Shown here: positions 45,826-54,145 of the stretch, piece after piece | How the letters are laid out: the number at the start of each line of letters is the position of its first letter | How positions within the stretch are numbered: position 1 is the first letter of the stretch | Notes under the pieces: model-generated | The model's database searches: none | What the model was told of the DNA's origin: nothing | The model's input: the letters and a program-made list of their open reading frames with translations, nothing else | Assembly: GCA_964451455.1 (NCBI GenBank) | Contig: CAYVHT010000001.1 | Span: forward strand, 1-54,146 | DNA: 54,146 nt | Direction of reading: 5' to 3' | Source of the DNA: an uncultured archaeon | Lineage (GTDB): Archaea; Iainarchaeota; Iainarchaeia; JAADDC01 | Translations under genes and position numbers: made by a program

Positions 45826-45826
45826 A

Positions 45827-45910
45827 TGCGGGGGCTGGGATTCGAACCCAGGAAGGCACTAAGCCACCGGACCCTGAATCCGGCCCCTTTGGCCACTCGG
45901 GCACCCCCGC
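45827..45910 (-). tRNA. tRNA-Leu (anticodon CAG), class II, no intron
   Basis: Reverse complement: GCGGGGG-TG-CCCGAGTGGCCAAAGGG-G-CCGGA-TTCAGGG-TCCGG-long variable arm-CTGGG-TTCGAAT-CCCAG-CCCCCGC-A. Confidence 0.9.
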
Positions 45911-45948
45911 GCCAGCGGTCAAAGAACATACCAATATTCATACAGAAC

Positions 45949-45955
45949 TTTAAAA
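45949..45955. promoter_or_regulatory. Palindromic TTTAAA(A) box between divergent tRNA-Leu(CAG) and aglB
   Basis: 29 nt upstream of ATG 45978 (leaderless). An AATATT box at 45933-45938 is an alternative TATA for the tRNA. Confidence 0.35.
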
Positions 45956-45977
45956 CACTTCCTGGCCCCATGATACC

Positions 45978-48449
45978 ATGAAGAGCTGGGAGCGCTTGGT
46001 TCTTGGGCTTACAATGGTATTCATTCTGGGACTTGCAACGCGCATCTATCTTGAGAAATATACATACATCTTTGGCTTTGACTCTTACTGGTTCGCAAGA
46101 ATGGCGTCGTACATTATACAAGACGGTCACCTTCCCAAGTATGATCCCGTTGCATTCCGTGGATACCCTCCTGTCCCAATCACATGGCAGCTATCCATGA
46201 ACTTCCCTGCCTGGGCGTATCACATTGTGTACGGAGCAAAGTACCTCCAACAGAATCTCCTAACAGTGTTTAAGTGGCTCCCAGCTAGCTTTGGTGCTAC
46301 AGGCTCGCTGATCATGGGCATTTTCGGCTACATACTTGGCGGACCATTGCTCGGTATGCTTACAGGCTTCTTTGCAGCCACGAACCCAGGATACATATAC
46401 CGTACTCTCTCGGGTTTCTACGAGGACGACGCCACATCGTTTTTAATCCCCCTTGCGTTCCTCTTCGCATATCTCGCATACCGCAGCAAAGACAAGAAGC
46501 AATACTGGATATATACAACACTTGCAGGCATCACCTTGCTCATTCAGGCCATCTCGTGGGATGGTTTCTTTATCGTTCCATATACTGTTGTTGTGTTCTC
46601 CATACTTTACTTAGCATACGTAGTTTTGGACTATCTGCGCAGCTACGTGCCGGACAACGTCTCCTGGTGGGACTGGGCAATCATTGGCATTGGTGGGCTT
46701 TTCGCCGTGTTGGCGGGCGTGTTCATCAAAACCTTGGCATACTCTGAGGCTGCGGACGCCCTGGCCATTACAGGGTCGCTTACAGCGACGACGTTATATA
46801 CGCTAGCAACCCCTTACATTGCCATCTTCTTTTTCGGCGTTGCTGCCACCGCCACCGTGCTCTGGCTACGGTCAGATGACAGAAAGTACCTGTATATAAC
46901 GCTGGGATCCGTCGTCTTCGCAATACTCACGTATATGGGCCCTGTGAATAATGGTTTCGTCACAGAGGTCACAGATGCAAATGGCATCGCTCGCCGCATC
47001 GGCTTCCAGAACACGAGCTTCGCGATGATGTTCTTGGGTTCTCTTCTTATGATTCTCGTATCTAGCCTCGCGGGAAGCCTCGCAGCACTGTTATACGAAA
47101 AGCGCAAGGACATGCACGGAATCATTGACTGGAGACTCCTAGGTGTCGTTTTCATCCCTCTGCTTTTCGCCACACTCTCCGGGCCAATAAACGGGTACAA
47201 CTGGTATAAACCAGTCATCACAACAGTTCAGGCGAACCTCTTCCCCGAGATGAGCAAAGGCTTTGGCACACAGAGCAGCACGGCCCAGCCACACATGGGA
47301 TTCATTGAACCAAAGACTGCAGGTGCTGCATCTTCCATTATCGGGGAAGAGACATACGGTTTTGCGAACTGGCCCGCAAAATATGGCATCCTCGCCGTTA
47401 TCGTGCTTGCATCCATTCCATTCCTCTTCTACCGCTCTGAAAAGGACAAGTATTTCTTATTCTTGCTTGCCTGGCTCGCTCTGACGTGGTGGGCCGCGTG
47501 GTACAAGCTGAAGTTCTGCTACTACCTCGGTCTGCCCATAGCCATCGCTAGCGCGGTGGTCCTGGCAGACACGTACTCAAGAGTCGCTTCAAAGCAGTTT
47601 AAGGCAGCAGTAATGGCAGTAATTGTATTCCTATCCGTATCTATGATCTCCACAGCAGTCTACCACACCGCAACCCGCATTCCCATGCTCCTTACATCTG
47701 CAGAGGCCCAAGAGATGAACCTCACTCCAAAGGGTCTTCCACTGTTCTCGGCATCCTCCGGAGAAGACTACATAGCCATGTTCAAGTGGATAGATACCAA
47801 CACGCCCAAGGACGCAAACCTATTGAACTGGTGGAGCATTGGTCACTGGCTCACGTTCTTCACGGGCAGGGGCGTCATGACGGACAACACGAACCACTAC
47901 TACCAGGCAGATGTCGAGGCAGCACAGTTCTACCTAGCTCCAGACGAGAATACTGCGTACGCCATAGCATCCAAGCGCCATATGAACTACGTGATCTTCC
48001 AGCCTGAATTCCTCTGGCAGGGCTACCCCTTGGCGATCTACGCTCTACAGACCCAAAATCTCCGCGACCCCCGCCTTGAAAACTATGCCGCAGGCAAGGT
48101 AGACTGTCAGCGCGTGGGCAAATCCATAGTAACAGGAAAACCATACTACATATGTTTACAGAACGGTAGCACGCTTACCACGCTCAGCGAGGAACAATGG
48201 GTAGCGATACCACCATTTGAGCCTCAGTACTATAGAGAATTCAATGAAGCAACGCGCATCCGCATCGGCGACCGTGAATACGCTGTTTACAAGCTTGCCG
48301 CGTCCCAGAACGGCGGGAGCCTCATTCTTCTAGCGCCAGGCATGGACAACAGCATGATCGTGAGGATGCTGCTTGGAGTGCCTATGATGCACTTCACACC
48401 CGTTTGGACAGCGCCGCACGGAGGCGTAATGATCTACAAGATTCAGTGA
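45978..48449 (+). CDS. aglB: Oligosaccharyltransferase AglB (STT3 family) with a variant WWDYG motif (WWSIG)
   Basis: 13-TM N-terminal domain with FGFDSYWFARM first-loop motif. LLNWWSIGHWLTFFTGRGVMTDN at the position of WWDYG (47829-47843). 823 aa. Confidence 0.8.
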   Translation: MKSWERLVLGLTMVFILGLATRIYLEKYTYIFGFDSYWFARMASYIIQDGHLPKYDPVAFRGYPPVPITWQLSMNFPAWAYHIVYGAKYLQQNLLTVFKWLPASFGATGSLIMGIFGYILGGPLLGMLTGFFAATNPGYIYRTLSGFYEDDATSFLIPLAFLFAYLAYRSKDKKQYWIYTTLAGITLLIQAISWDGFFIVPYTVVVFSILYLAYVVLDYLRSYVPDNVSWWDWAIIGIGGLFAVLAGVFIKTLAYSEAADALAITGSLTATTLYTLATPYIAIFFFGVAATATVLWLRSDDRKYLYITLGSVVFAILTYMGPVNNGFVTEVTDANGIARRIGFQNTSFAMMFLGSLLMILVSSLAGSLAALLYEKRKDMHGIIDWRLLGVVFIPLLFATLSGPINGYNWYKPVITTVQANLFPEMSKGFGTQSSTAQPHMGFIEPKTAGAASSIIGEETYGFANWPAKYGILAVIVLASIPFLFYRSEKDKYFLFLLAWLALTWWAAWYKLKFCYYLGLPIAIASAVVLADTYSRVASKQFKAAVMAVIVFLSVSMISTAVYHTATRIPMLLTSAEAQEMNLTPKGLPLFSASSGEDYIAMFKWIDTNTPKDANLLNWWSIGHWLTFFTGRGVMTDNTNHYYQADVEAAQFYLAPDENTAYAIASKRHMNYVIFQPEFLWQGYPLAIYALQTQNLRDPRLENYAAGKVDCQRVGKSIVTGKPYYICLQNGSTLTTLSEEQWVAIPPFEPQYYREFNEATRIRIGDREYAVYKLAASQNGGSLILLAPGMDNSMIVRMLLGVPMMHFTPVWTAPHGGVMIYKIQ

Positions 48450-48510
48450 CTGAATACCCGCCTTCCTTCGCATTTTCATTCTCTTGAATAAAATTAGGGC
48501 GTGAGCAGCG

Positions 48511-48828
48511 TTACTGCTGCTCCCCATTGCTGTCTGACCTGCGGTGGCTGCGCCTGTGCCTTGTGTGGCGCTTACCCATGGCAGCACGGCGCGCCCGCTC
48601 GCGGTATGCCTGATCGCTCCTATTTACCTTCCTACGCCAGTCAGAAAACGAGATTCCGCGGTGCTTCGCGCAGGAGATGCAGACATAGATCTTCTCCGTT
48701 GCAAGACCCATATACTGGACGTCAACGTTGGGCGGAAGCCAAGACGGCCTCTTGTAGAGAGGAACTGCCTTATCCCTTGGGACCCTTCGACCACAGAACG
48801 CGCACGTCACGTATGTCACTTTACCCAT
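48511..48828 (-). CDS. rps26e: Ribosomal protein S26e
   Basis: VTCAFCGRRVPRDKAV ... YVCISCAKHRG matches the S26e Cys pattern (C-x2-C ... C-x2-C). Basic tail. GGAGGG SD. Confidence 0.75.
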   Translation of the reverse strand: MGKVTYVTCAFCGRRVPRDKAVPLYKRPSWLPPNVDVQYMGLATEKIYVCISCAKHRGISFSDWRRKVNRSDQAYRERARRAAMGKRHTRHRRSHRRSDSNGEQQ

Positions 48829-48873
48829 TCTAAACCCTCCTTTCGGATAATGAATTAAAAGACCTGCACACCC

Positions 48874-48881
48874 TTTTTAAA
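48874..48881. promoter_or_regulatory. TTTTTAAA box shared by divergent rps26e and taw3
   Basis: 26 nt upstream of ATG 48900 (leaderless taw3). On the other strand it would give a leader of about 22 nt containing the S26e SD. Confidence 0.4.
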
Positions 48882-48899
48882 CCGTTATTGGGGAGCAAC

Positions 48900-49478
48900 A
48901 TGGGCGGTTGGGACGCGTATAGAGCAAAACATCTGGAGAAATATGAGGAGGCGAAGCGATCTGGCGCTGTGGACCCACCCATAGTGCCACTTCTAGATGC
49001 GATAAACAGCCGTGAGGACTACGTGACCACGTCTTCATGTTCTGGTAGAATCACACTGCTCTCTGCATCTCGCTCCGAACGAAAGGGGGAGACTTTTTTC
49101 TACAGGAAGTGGCATAGACCCGTGTTGTTTGAGGAGCTCTGGGGAGCCATTAGAGAGTACTCAGGAGGGGGACGTCTTCTACTGAAGTTAGATCCATTCA
49201 TACTCCACGTTGGCGCGCGTGACCTTGATGCTGCCCTTAGCCTGCTCCACGTTGCACGTGGCGCGGGAGTGAAGATCGCAGGCATCCAGAGCGCGGATGG
49301 TACGAAAGTTCATGTGGAGTTAAGGGGCATTGACTCTGTTTCTCTGCCAGTGTGGGATGGTTCTGTTCTTGTATCGGAGGACTACGTCAGATACATGACG
49401 AAGTACCTTAACTGGAAAATTCTTCGTAATCAGGAGCGTCTTGAACGCCTTTACCGCGCTGTCGTCACTGAATTGTAG
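48900..49478 (+). CDS. taw3: tRNA wyosine-derivative methyltransferase Taw3 (TYW3 homolog)
   Basis: GGWDAYRAKHLEKYEE...DPPIVPLLDAINSREDYVTTSSCSGRITLL, LLKLDPFILHV. ATG 48900 chosen over TTG 48888. Confidence 0.8.
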   Translation: MGGWDAYRAKHLEKYEEAKRSGAVDPPIVPLLDAINSREDYVTTSSCSGRITLLSASRSERKGETFFYRKWHRPVLFEELWGAIREYSGGGRLLLKLDPFILHVGARDLDAALSLLHVARGAGVKIAGIQSADGTKVHVELRGIDSVSLPVWDGSVLVSEDYVRYMTKYLNWKILRNQERLERLYRAVVTEL

Positions 49479-49497
49479 TTATATTTATTCCCAAGCG

Positions 49498-49504
49498 TTA
49501 TATA
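49498..49504 (+). promoter_or_regulatory. TATA box (TTATATA) for a leaderless membrane-protein gene
   Basis: 28 nt upstream of ATG 49526. Confidence 0.4.
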
Positions 49505-49525
49505 CTCCCAGCACGTGTTTAATCT

Positions 49526-51079
49526 ATGGACGCGCTTAGCGGCTCGGCCCTCGTTTTCAGCGTTCTTGTTGGCGCGATGATGGTAGGCGGACTCTTGCAG
49601 TACTTAGGCATTCTCCCTCAGCTGGGCTACCTCCTTTCTGGCTACTTCATAATGCCTGCCCTCCCCCCCTCTGTTCAGGACTTTCTCCTTGCGTCAGGCG
49701 TCGCTCTGCTCATATACTATCTTGGCTACGTTGCATCTAGCCGCAGGCTCTTTTCCACACCTCTTCAGACAGTGTTTGTCCAGCCGCTCCGTATTGTGAC
49801 GGGATTCTCCATGTTTTTCATCCTGTTTTACGTTGCGGGAGTGGGTGTTGCCGCATCTGCCGCTCTTGCCATTCTTTTCTCCACGTCCTCAGCACTCATA
49901 CTTCGCTGGGGCATAAACTTTGCTCACCGTCGCATTGAAGAGTCACTCGTGGCGATGGATGCGGCAGTGTCTGCGATCGTGCTCCTTTACATTCTTGGCG
50001 TGAACGGGTGGGCACTGCTTCTCACAGTCGCTCTCTACGCGGCATTCTTCTTTGTGGACTCTGCCATGTGGGACACTGCTATAATCCTTTTTACCACGAT
50101 TCTCTGGTATTATGGAGCAACACCATCGCTCGCCCTTCTGTTCTTGCTAGGGGTTTTCACGCACCATCGCGTCCACGGAGCTGGAAAACGCTGGTTAGAT
50201 CCAATAATGCACGATGTTGTTCCTTTGTACTTTCTCTTTGCTATCGCCGGCGCTGCGCAATATCCCTTTAGCGTCTCTGCGGCTCTTATGTTCTTAGGCA
50301 TCCTTGTAGTGAGTTTCCTACAGAACTTTGTGGCTCTCGTCGTCATGGGGCCACTCTTTGGAATACCCCCGAAGGTAGGGGCCCACATGACTGCCCGCTC
50401 TTTTGGCCCATCTGAAGCGGCGTTATCTGCAGCTCTTTTCCTCCATTCACCTGTGATTGCTGCCTCAGCGCTCTGGTTCTACGCCTTTGCCATCTTTGTG
50501 TACTCTTTCGTCAAAACAGATGTAGATGCGGAACGTTTCGTCTCCGCGATTCTTCCAAAGGCCATCGTTTCCATGCTGGAACGGTTCGAGGCAGGATATA
50601 TGCCGCTCTACGTGAAGAACCGCGTGCTTTTAGACCCATCATTCACGAATGCTGCAAAACAACAGGCACGAATTATTGTTACGGCTATTCTCATATCTCT
50701 TGCGGCTCTCTTCCTGATGGTGGATGCTCTCACAGTCATTCACGAACACAGCGTTCTTTACATCCTCTTTGCGGTGTTCATTGTTATCGTTGCTGCATGG
50801 GTTGCCATCCCAGCATACGTCTCTCTTTACTGGCGTGCCCTTGAATTCCTATCAAAATACTCCTACGATCGCCCTCTGCGGCCCGGCAGAGCTCCACACT
50901 ACTTTGTTGGCGGGTATCTAGCTGTCCTCGCAGGTTTTGCGTTGCTACCGTTGACGTTGCCTACCGTTAATCTCGTGATAATCTTCTTCGCGCTGCTCCT
51001 CTTGAATTTGGGGCTCTACGTCCTCCTCAACAACTACTACCGCATTGTCGGCGAGCTTTTGCGCCGCCGAACGGCATGA
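49526..51079 (+). CDS. Polytopic membrane protein (N-terminus weakly cation:proton-antiporter-like), function unknown
   Basis: 517 aa, at least 12 hydrophobic helices. GGLLQYLGILPQLGYLLSGYFIMP resembles the first helix-loop of CPA2. Confidence 0.55.
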   Translation: MDALSGSALVFSVLVGAMMVGGLLQYLGILPQLGYLLSGYFIMPALPPSVQDFLLASGVALLIYYLGYVASSRRLFSTPLQTVFVQPLRIVTGFSMFFILFYVAGVGVAASAALAILFSTSSALILRWGINFAHRRIEESLVAMDAAVSAIVLLYILGVNGWALLLTVALYAAFFFVDSAMWDTAIILFTTILWYYGATPSLALLFLLGVFTHHRVHGAGKRWLDPIMHDVVPLYFLFAIAGAAQYPFSVSAALMFLGILVVSFLQNFVALVVMGPLFGIPPKVGAHMTARSFGPSEAALSAALFLHSPVIAASALWFYAFAIFVYSFVKTDVDAERFVSAILPKAIVSMLERFEAGYMPLYVKNRVLLDPSFTNAAKQQARIIVTAILISLAALFLMVDALTVIHEHSVLYILFAVFIVIVAAWVAIPAYVSLYWRALEFLSKYSYDRPLRPGRAPHYFVGGYLAVLAGFALLPLTLPTVNLVIIFFALLLLNLGLYVLLNNYYRIVGELLRRRTA

Positions 51080-51121
51080 TTTAATTAGTTTTGTCCCCTG
51101 CTTTATCTGCTCTTCTGCCAA

Positions 51122-51196
51122 GGGCCCGTGGCCTAGTCTGGATATGGCGTCGGCTTCCGGAGCCGAAGGTCCGGGGTTCGAATCCCCGCGGGCCCG
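51122..51196 (+). tRNA. tRNA-Arg (anticodon CCG), no intron
   Basis: GGGCCCG-TG-GCCTAGTCTGGATATGGC-G-TCGGC-TTCCGGA-GCCGA-AGGTC-CGGGG-TTCGAAT-CCCCG-CGGGCCC-G. Confidence 0.9.
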
Positions 51197-51199
51197 CTA

Positions 51200-51219
51200 G
51201 CAGGGGCTGCGCCCCCTGC
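51200..51219 (+). other. tRNA 3'-trailer hairpin GCAGGGG-ctgcgc-CCCCTGC
   Basis: 7-bp stem starting 3 nt after the tRNA-Arg 3' end. The 5' arm is also complementary to the leader segment at 51095-51102. Confidence 0.5.
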
Positions 51220-51227
51220 ACTCCTGC

Positions 51228-51253
51228 ATCGGCATTCGCTTCGCTCAGCCGAT
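51228..51253 (+). other. Hairpin ATCGGC-(attcgcttcgctca)-GCCGAT with a conserved loop
   Basis: The loop matches that of 36960-36988 apart from 1 indel and 1 substitution. The stem sequence is completely different. Confidence 0.6.
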
Positions 51254-51271
51254 ATTCATTGGCCGCGCTGA

Positions 51272-51295
51272 CGCGAGGCCGGTTGCTCCGCAACC
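51272..51295 (+). repeat. 35-nt hairpin repeat, copy 3 (partial, 24 nt, same orientation relative to its tRNA)
   Basis: cgcgaggccGGTTGCtccGCAACC is identical to the reverse complement of 36885-36908. Confidence 0.8.
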
Positions 51296-51312
51296 AATCG
51301 CTTGACTGGCCA

Positions 51313-52251
51313 TCACTCTTTTACAATTTCCTTCAGCACTGCCTCCAGATCTGGTTCTTCCAGCGATAGATCAACGATGTCATACCGCAGGGTTTCCTCC
51401 ACCGCTCTCTTCGCTTCCTTCCTCGGAACACGGTACTTGACGTATTTTCCCGCTCGCTCAATGATCACATAACCCAAATCGGGAACATCTTCGGCGAACT
51501 CTACGGAAAGGTACTTGTACGGGACAGAGCGCATAAGTTCCCGTATGGGCCCGTCGTAGCGTATCGTTCCCTCTGTAAGCAGGATTACCCGGTCAACAAG
51601 CCCCTCTATGTCGCTCATCTGGTGGGTGGTGTAGACAATGGTCGTTCCCCACTCCTCGCGCACGCGCTTGAGCATTTCCTTTATCTTCTCGCGCGTCCAG
51701 ACGTCTATGCCAATAGTTGGCTCGTCAAGGAAGACCACCTTTGGGCGGTGCAGCAGGATTAGCCCGAGTTCGCAGCGCATCCTTTGTCCAAGGGAGAGCT
51801 TTCTCGCCTGGAAAGGAAGGAGCTCCTTTATCTTCAGATGCCTGTCCAGAAACTCCAGTGTCTCCTCGTATTCCTTGTCCTCGACGCCGTAAATATCCTT
51901 GTAGAGCAAGAACGTATCTTCTACGGGAACATCCCATATCAGGGCACTCCTCTGACCGAAAATAACCCCCATCTGCCTCAGATATTCCTTTTTCCGCTCC
52001 CATGGTGTGTATCCGAGGACTTTCGCGTCCCCGCCGTCCGGGTGGAGAATGCCCGTGAGTATCTTCGTTGTTGTGCTTTTCCCCGAGCCGTTGGGTCCAA
52101 GGAGTGCAACGATCTCACCGGCACTTACCGTGAAGGATATCCCCTTCAGCGCATCTACCCTCTCTTCCCCCACCTTGAAAAGCAGCCACTTCCGCTTTGT
52201 CTGAACATACGTCTTCCTCAGGCCTTCCACAACAATTACGTCATCCGCCAT
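51313..52251 (-). CDS. ABC transporter ATP-binding protein (ABC-2 type, COG4586-like)
   Basis: Walker A GPNGSGKST, signature LSLGQRMR, Walker B VVFLDEPT, H-loop TTHQM. Confidence 0.88.
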   Translation of the reverse strand: MADDVIVVEGLRKTYVQTKRKWLLFKVGEERVDALKGISFTVSAGEIVALLGPNGSGKSTTTKILTGILHPDGGDAKVLGYTPWERKKEYLRQMGVIFGQRSALIWDVPVEDTFLLYKDIYGVEDKEYEETLEFLDRHLKIKELLPFQARKLSLGQRMRCELGLILLHRPKVVFLDEPTIGIDVWTREKIKEMLKRVREEWGTTIVYTTHQMSDIEGLVDRVILLTEGTIRYDGPIRELMRSVPYKYLSVEFAEDVPDLGYVIIERAGKYVKYRVPRKEAKRAVEETLRYDIVDLSLEEPDLEAVLKEIVKE

Positions 52252-53005
52252 ACGCTTCCCACCTTCTCAGACCGATTGTCCACAGGGTTTTTGCCAGTAT
52301 AAGCCACACTGCGATCAGAACTGGTATCAAAAGGACGTATTTGTCGGCCAATCCCATGATTGCGTGCATGGGCAGAGTAGTTACGAAGTAGATGGGAACA
52401 ACCACGATCATGACCCAATAGAGCGGCGATTTCTTGTACGCATCCGCAGGGTAGTCCCTCCCGTAGCCCCAGACCATATCGAATGCCCGAAGTATTGGCC
52501 GGGCGTCTCCTATGAAGAAGTTTAGGTACATGAGTGTGGAATAGACGAGGTTATCTATGATCGCACCGGCGAGAATAAGGACGAACCCGACAATGATGTT
52601 TACAATGCTATACCCTGTTGCCACACCAATTACTGCTACGAGTACGCCCTTTGCTGCTGTGGCGATTACGTCCTCCGATCCAACTCTCTGGGGGAATATA
52701 ACCATCCACAGATCTCCAGGTTTCGTTAGGATCGTCGCGAGTTCACCCCTTCTGATCATTCCAGATGTGGGGATAAATTCGAAGAGCAATGTATCCAAAT
52801 ATAGTGCGAAATCTGCCACCAGTGCAAAGAACACAAGATCTTTGAGCGTCCATCCAGGAATTGTCCCTCCACTTCTCGTCATCGCTCCCCAGAATACGTA
52901 TGCTGATAGCACGGAGACGAAGGTATATATGAGCGCCACTATGAACTCCCACCTGTACGTCCGTGCCTTGTGCACCACGATTCTCCATATCGTCTGCCAG
53001 ATCAT
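52241..53005 (-). CDS. ABC-2 family transporter permease (DUF990-like)
   Basis: 6 TM. ATGA overlap with the upstream permease (start ATG 53005). 11-nt overlap with the ATPase gene. Confidence 0.7.
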   Translation of the reverse strand: MIWQTIWRIVVHKARTYRWEFIVALIYTFVSVLSAYVFWGAMTRSGGTIPGWTLKDLVFFALVADFALYLDTLLFEFIPTSGMIRRGELATILTKPGDLWMVIFPQRVGSEDVIATAAKGVLVAVIGVATGYSIVNIIVGFVLILAGAIIDNLVYSTLMYLNFFIGDARPILRAFDMVWGYGRDYPADAYKKSPLYWVMIVVVPIYFVTTLPMHAIMGLADKYVLLIPVLIAVWLILAKTLWTIGLRRWEAYGG

Positions 53006-53763
53006 CCCCCAAACGCCTCCACGCGTGCTATTGCCTTGTGATACAGCCATCTATACACCAGAAACATCGGAACAAGCCATATTGCTGCAATCACGGCGGT
53101 TTCCGCTTGTATTCCGTTGAAAAGCACCATTATCGTGTCGTAGCGCAGATATCTGAATGGAAGGTAATACGTGATCTGCTGGAACCACGCAGGCATGACG
53201 CTGAGCGGCACTACATCACCACCAAGGAACCCCCAAAAGATCCAGCCCATAAGCCCCTGAATGTATCCAATGTGGTACGTCCACGCTGTTATCAATCCAA
53301 TTGACGCGTCGTAGAGCGCCTTGAACGCCACATATATTACCATCATCGCGAGAAATGCCGTGAGGTTACTCCCGTATCCCATCCACCCAGCAATCAAGAG
53401 TATCAAAAGTCCATTGGACAGGATACCTGGCAGCGCACGTCCCAAACTGAACAGAAAATACCACACACTCGGCTCTACGGGACGGGACAGCGTAACGCTC
53501 ATCTTTCCACTGTTTAGCTCGTCTTGTATCCTCCACGGGATCATGGTGGTTGGAATCTCCGCCAGAAGTTCGGAGGTTGCGTAGTACAGCATGAGGCCCG
53601 GTACAGTGAATCCCATGAGCGTCGTTCGCCCAGAGAGTGCTGCAACGGATGCTACCAGCGCAACACGGACGATAACGCCTATGATCGGCCGAATTATATC
53701 AACGATTAACCTGCTGGGGTAATACACTGCCGCGCGCCAGCCTGCCCTGACGAAGCCGAACAC
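53002..53763 (-). CDS. ABC-2 family transporter permease (second subunit)
   Basis: 253 aa, 6 TM. First gene of the permease-permease-ATPase operon. Confidence 0.7.
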   Translation of the reverse strand: MFGFVRAGWRAAVYYPSRLIVDIIRPIIGVIVRVALVASVAALSGRTTLMGFTVPGLMLYYATSELLAEIPTTMIPWRIQDELNSGKMSVTLSRPVEPSVWYFLFSLGRALPGILSNGLLILLIAGWMGYGSNLTAFLAMMVIYVAFKALYDASIGLITAWTYHIGYIQGLMGWIFWGFLGGDVVPLSVMPAWFQQITYYLPFRYLRYDTIMVLFNGIQAETAVIAAIWLVPMFLVYRWLYHKAIARVEAFGG

Positions 53764-53830
53764 CCTATGATAACAACCTTCCGCTTTAAATCCACTTTAC
53801 CCAATCTTCTTGCGGTGAGGAGGATGGCAG

Positions 53831-54145
53831 GTGAAGGTCTTTGGCAATGATTTCGTGGTAACCCCTTGGGAAGTTGAGGGTGAAATTGACTACAACAAGC
53901 TTCTGGACTACTTCGGCGTGGATAGGATCACGGATGATATGATTGAAGAAGTGCGCCGTCTTGTGGGCGATGTGCACCCTTTCCTGCGCCGCCAGATCTT
54001 CTATGCACATCGCGATTTTGACAAAGCGTTGAAGGAGTATGTCTCGGGCCAGAAGTTCTTCCTCTACACGGGCATTGCCCCCTCAAAGGGCCCCATGCAT
54101 TTCGGGCATCTAGTTCCCTTCCTCTTCACGCGATGGATGCAGAGG
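53831..54145 (+). CDS. trpS: Tryptophanyl-tRNA synthetase, N-terminal part (truncated by the window end)
   Basis: Hand-translated from GTG 53831: VKVFGNDFVVTPWEVEGEIDYNKL ... FFLYTGIAPSKGPMHFGHLVPFLFTRWMQ, the archaeal/eukaryotic TrpRS pattern with a HIGH-region variant. Not in the ORF track. Confidence 0.8.
   Translation, partial: MKVFGNDFVVTPWEVEGEIDYNKLLDYFGVDRITDDMIEEVRRLVGDVHPFLRRQIFYAHRDFDKALKEYVSGQKFFLYTGIAPSKGPMHFGHLVPFLFTRWMQR

Noticed and set aside
45514-45826. Possibility that the 313-nt GC-rich gap, or the ~120-nt two-block element, is SRP RNA, 5S rRNA or RNase P RNA
   Set aside because: I could not find the helix-8 GNRA/AGCA-type SRP motif in context, the CCGAAC...GAAGTTAAGC-like 5S core, or the GAGGAAAGTCC RNase P CR-I motif. 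The two copies of the element are only about 80 percent identical, which is unlike rRNA copies. A cmscan would be needed to be sure.
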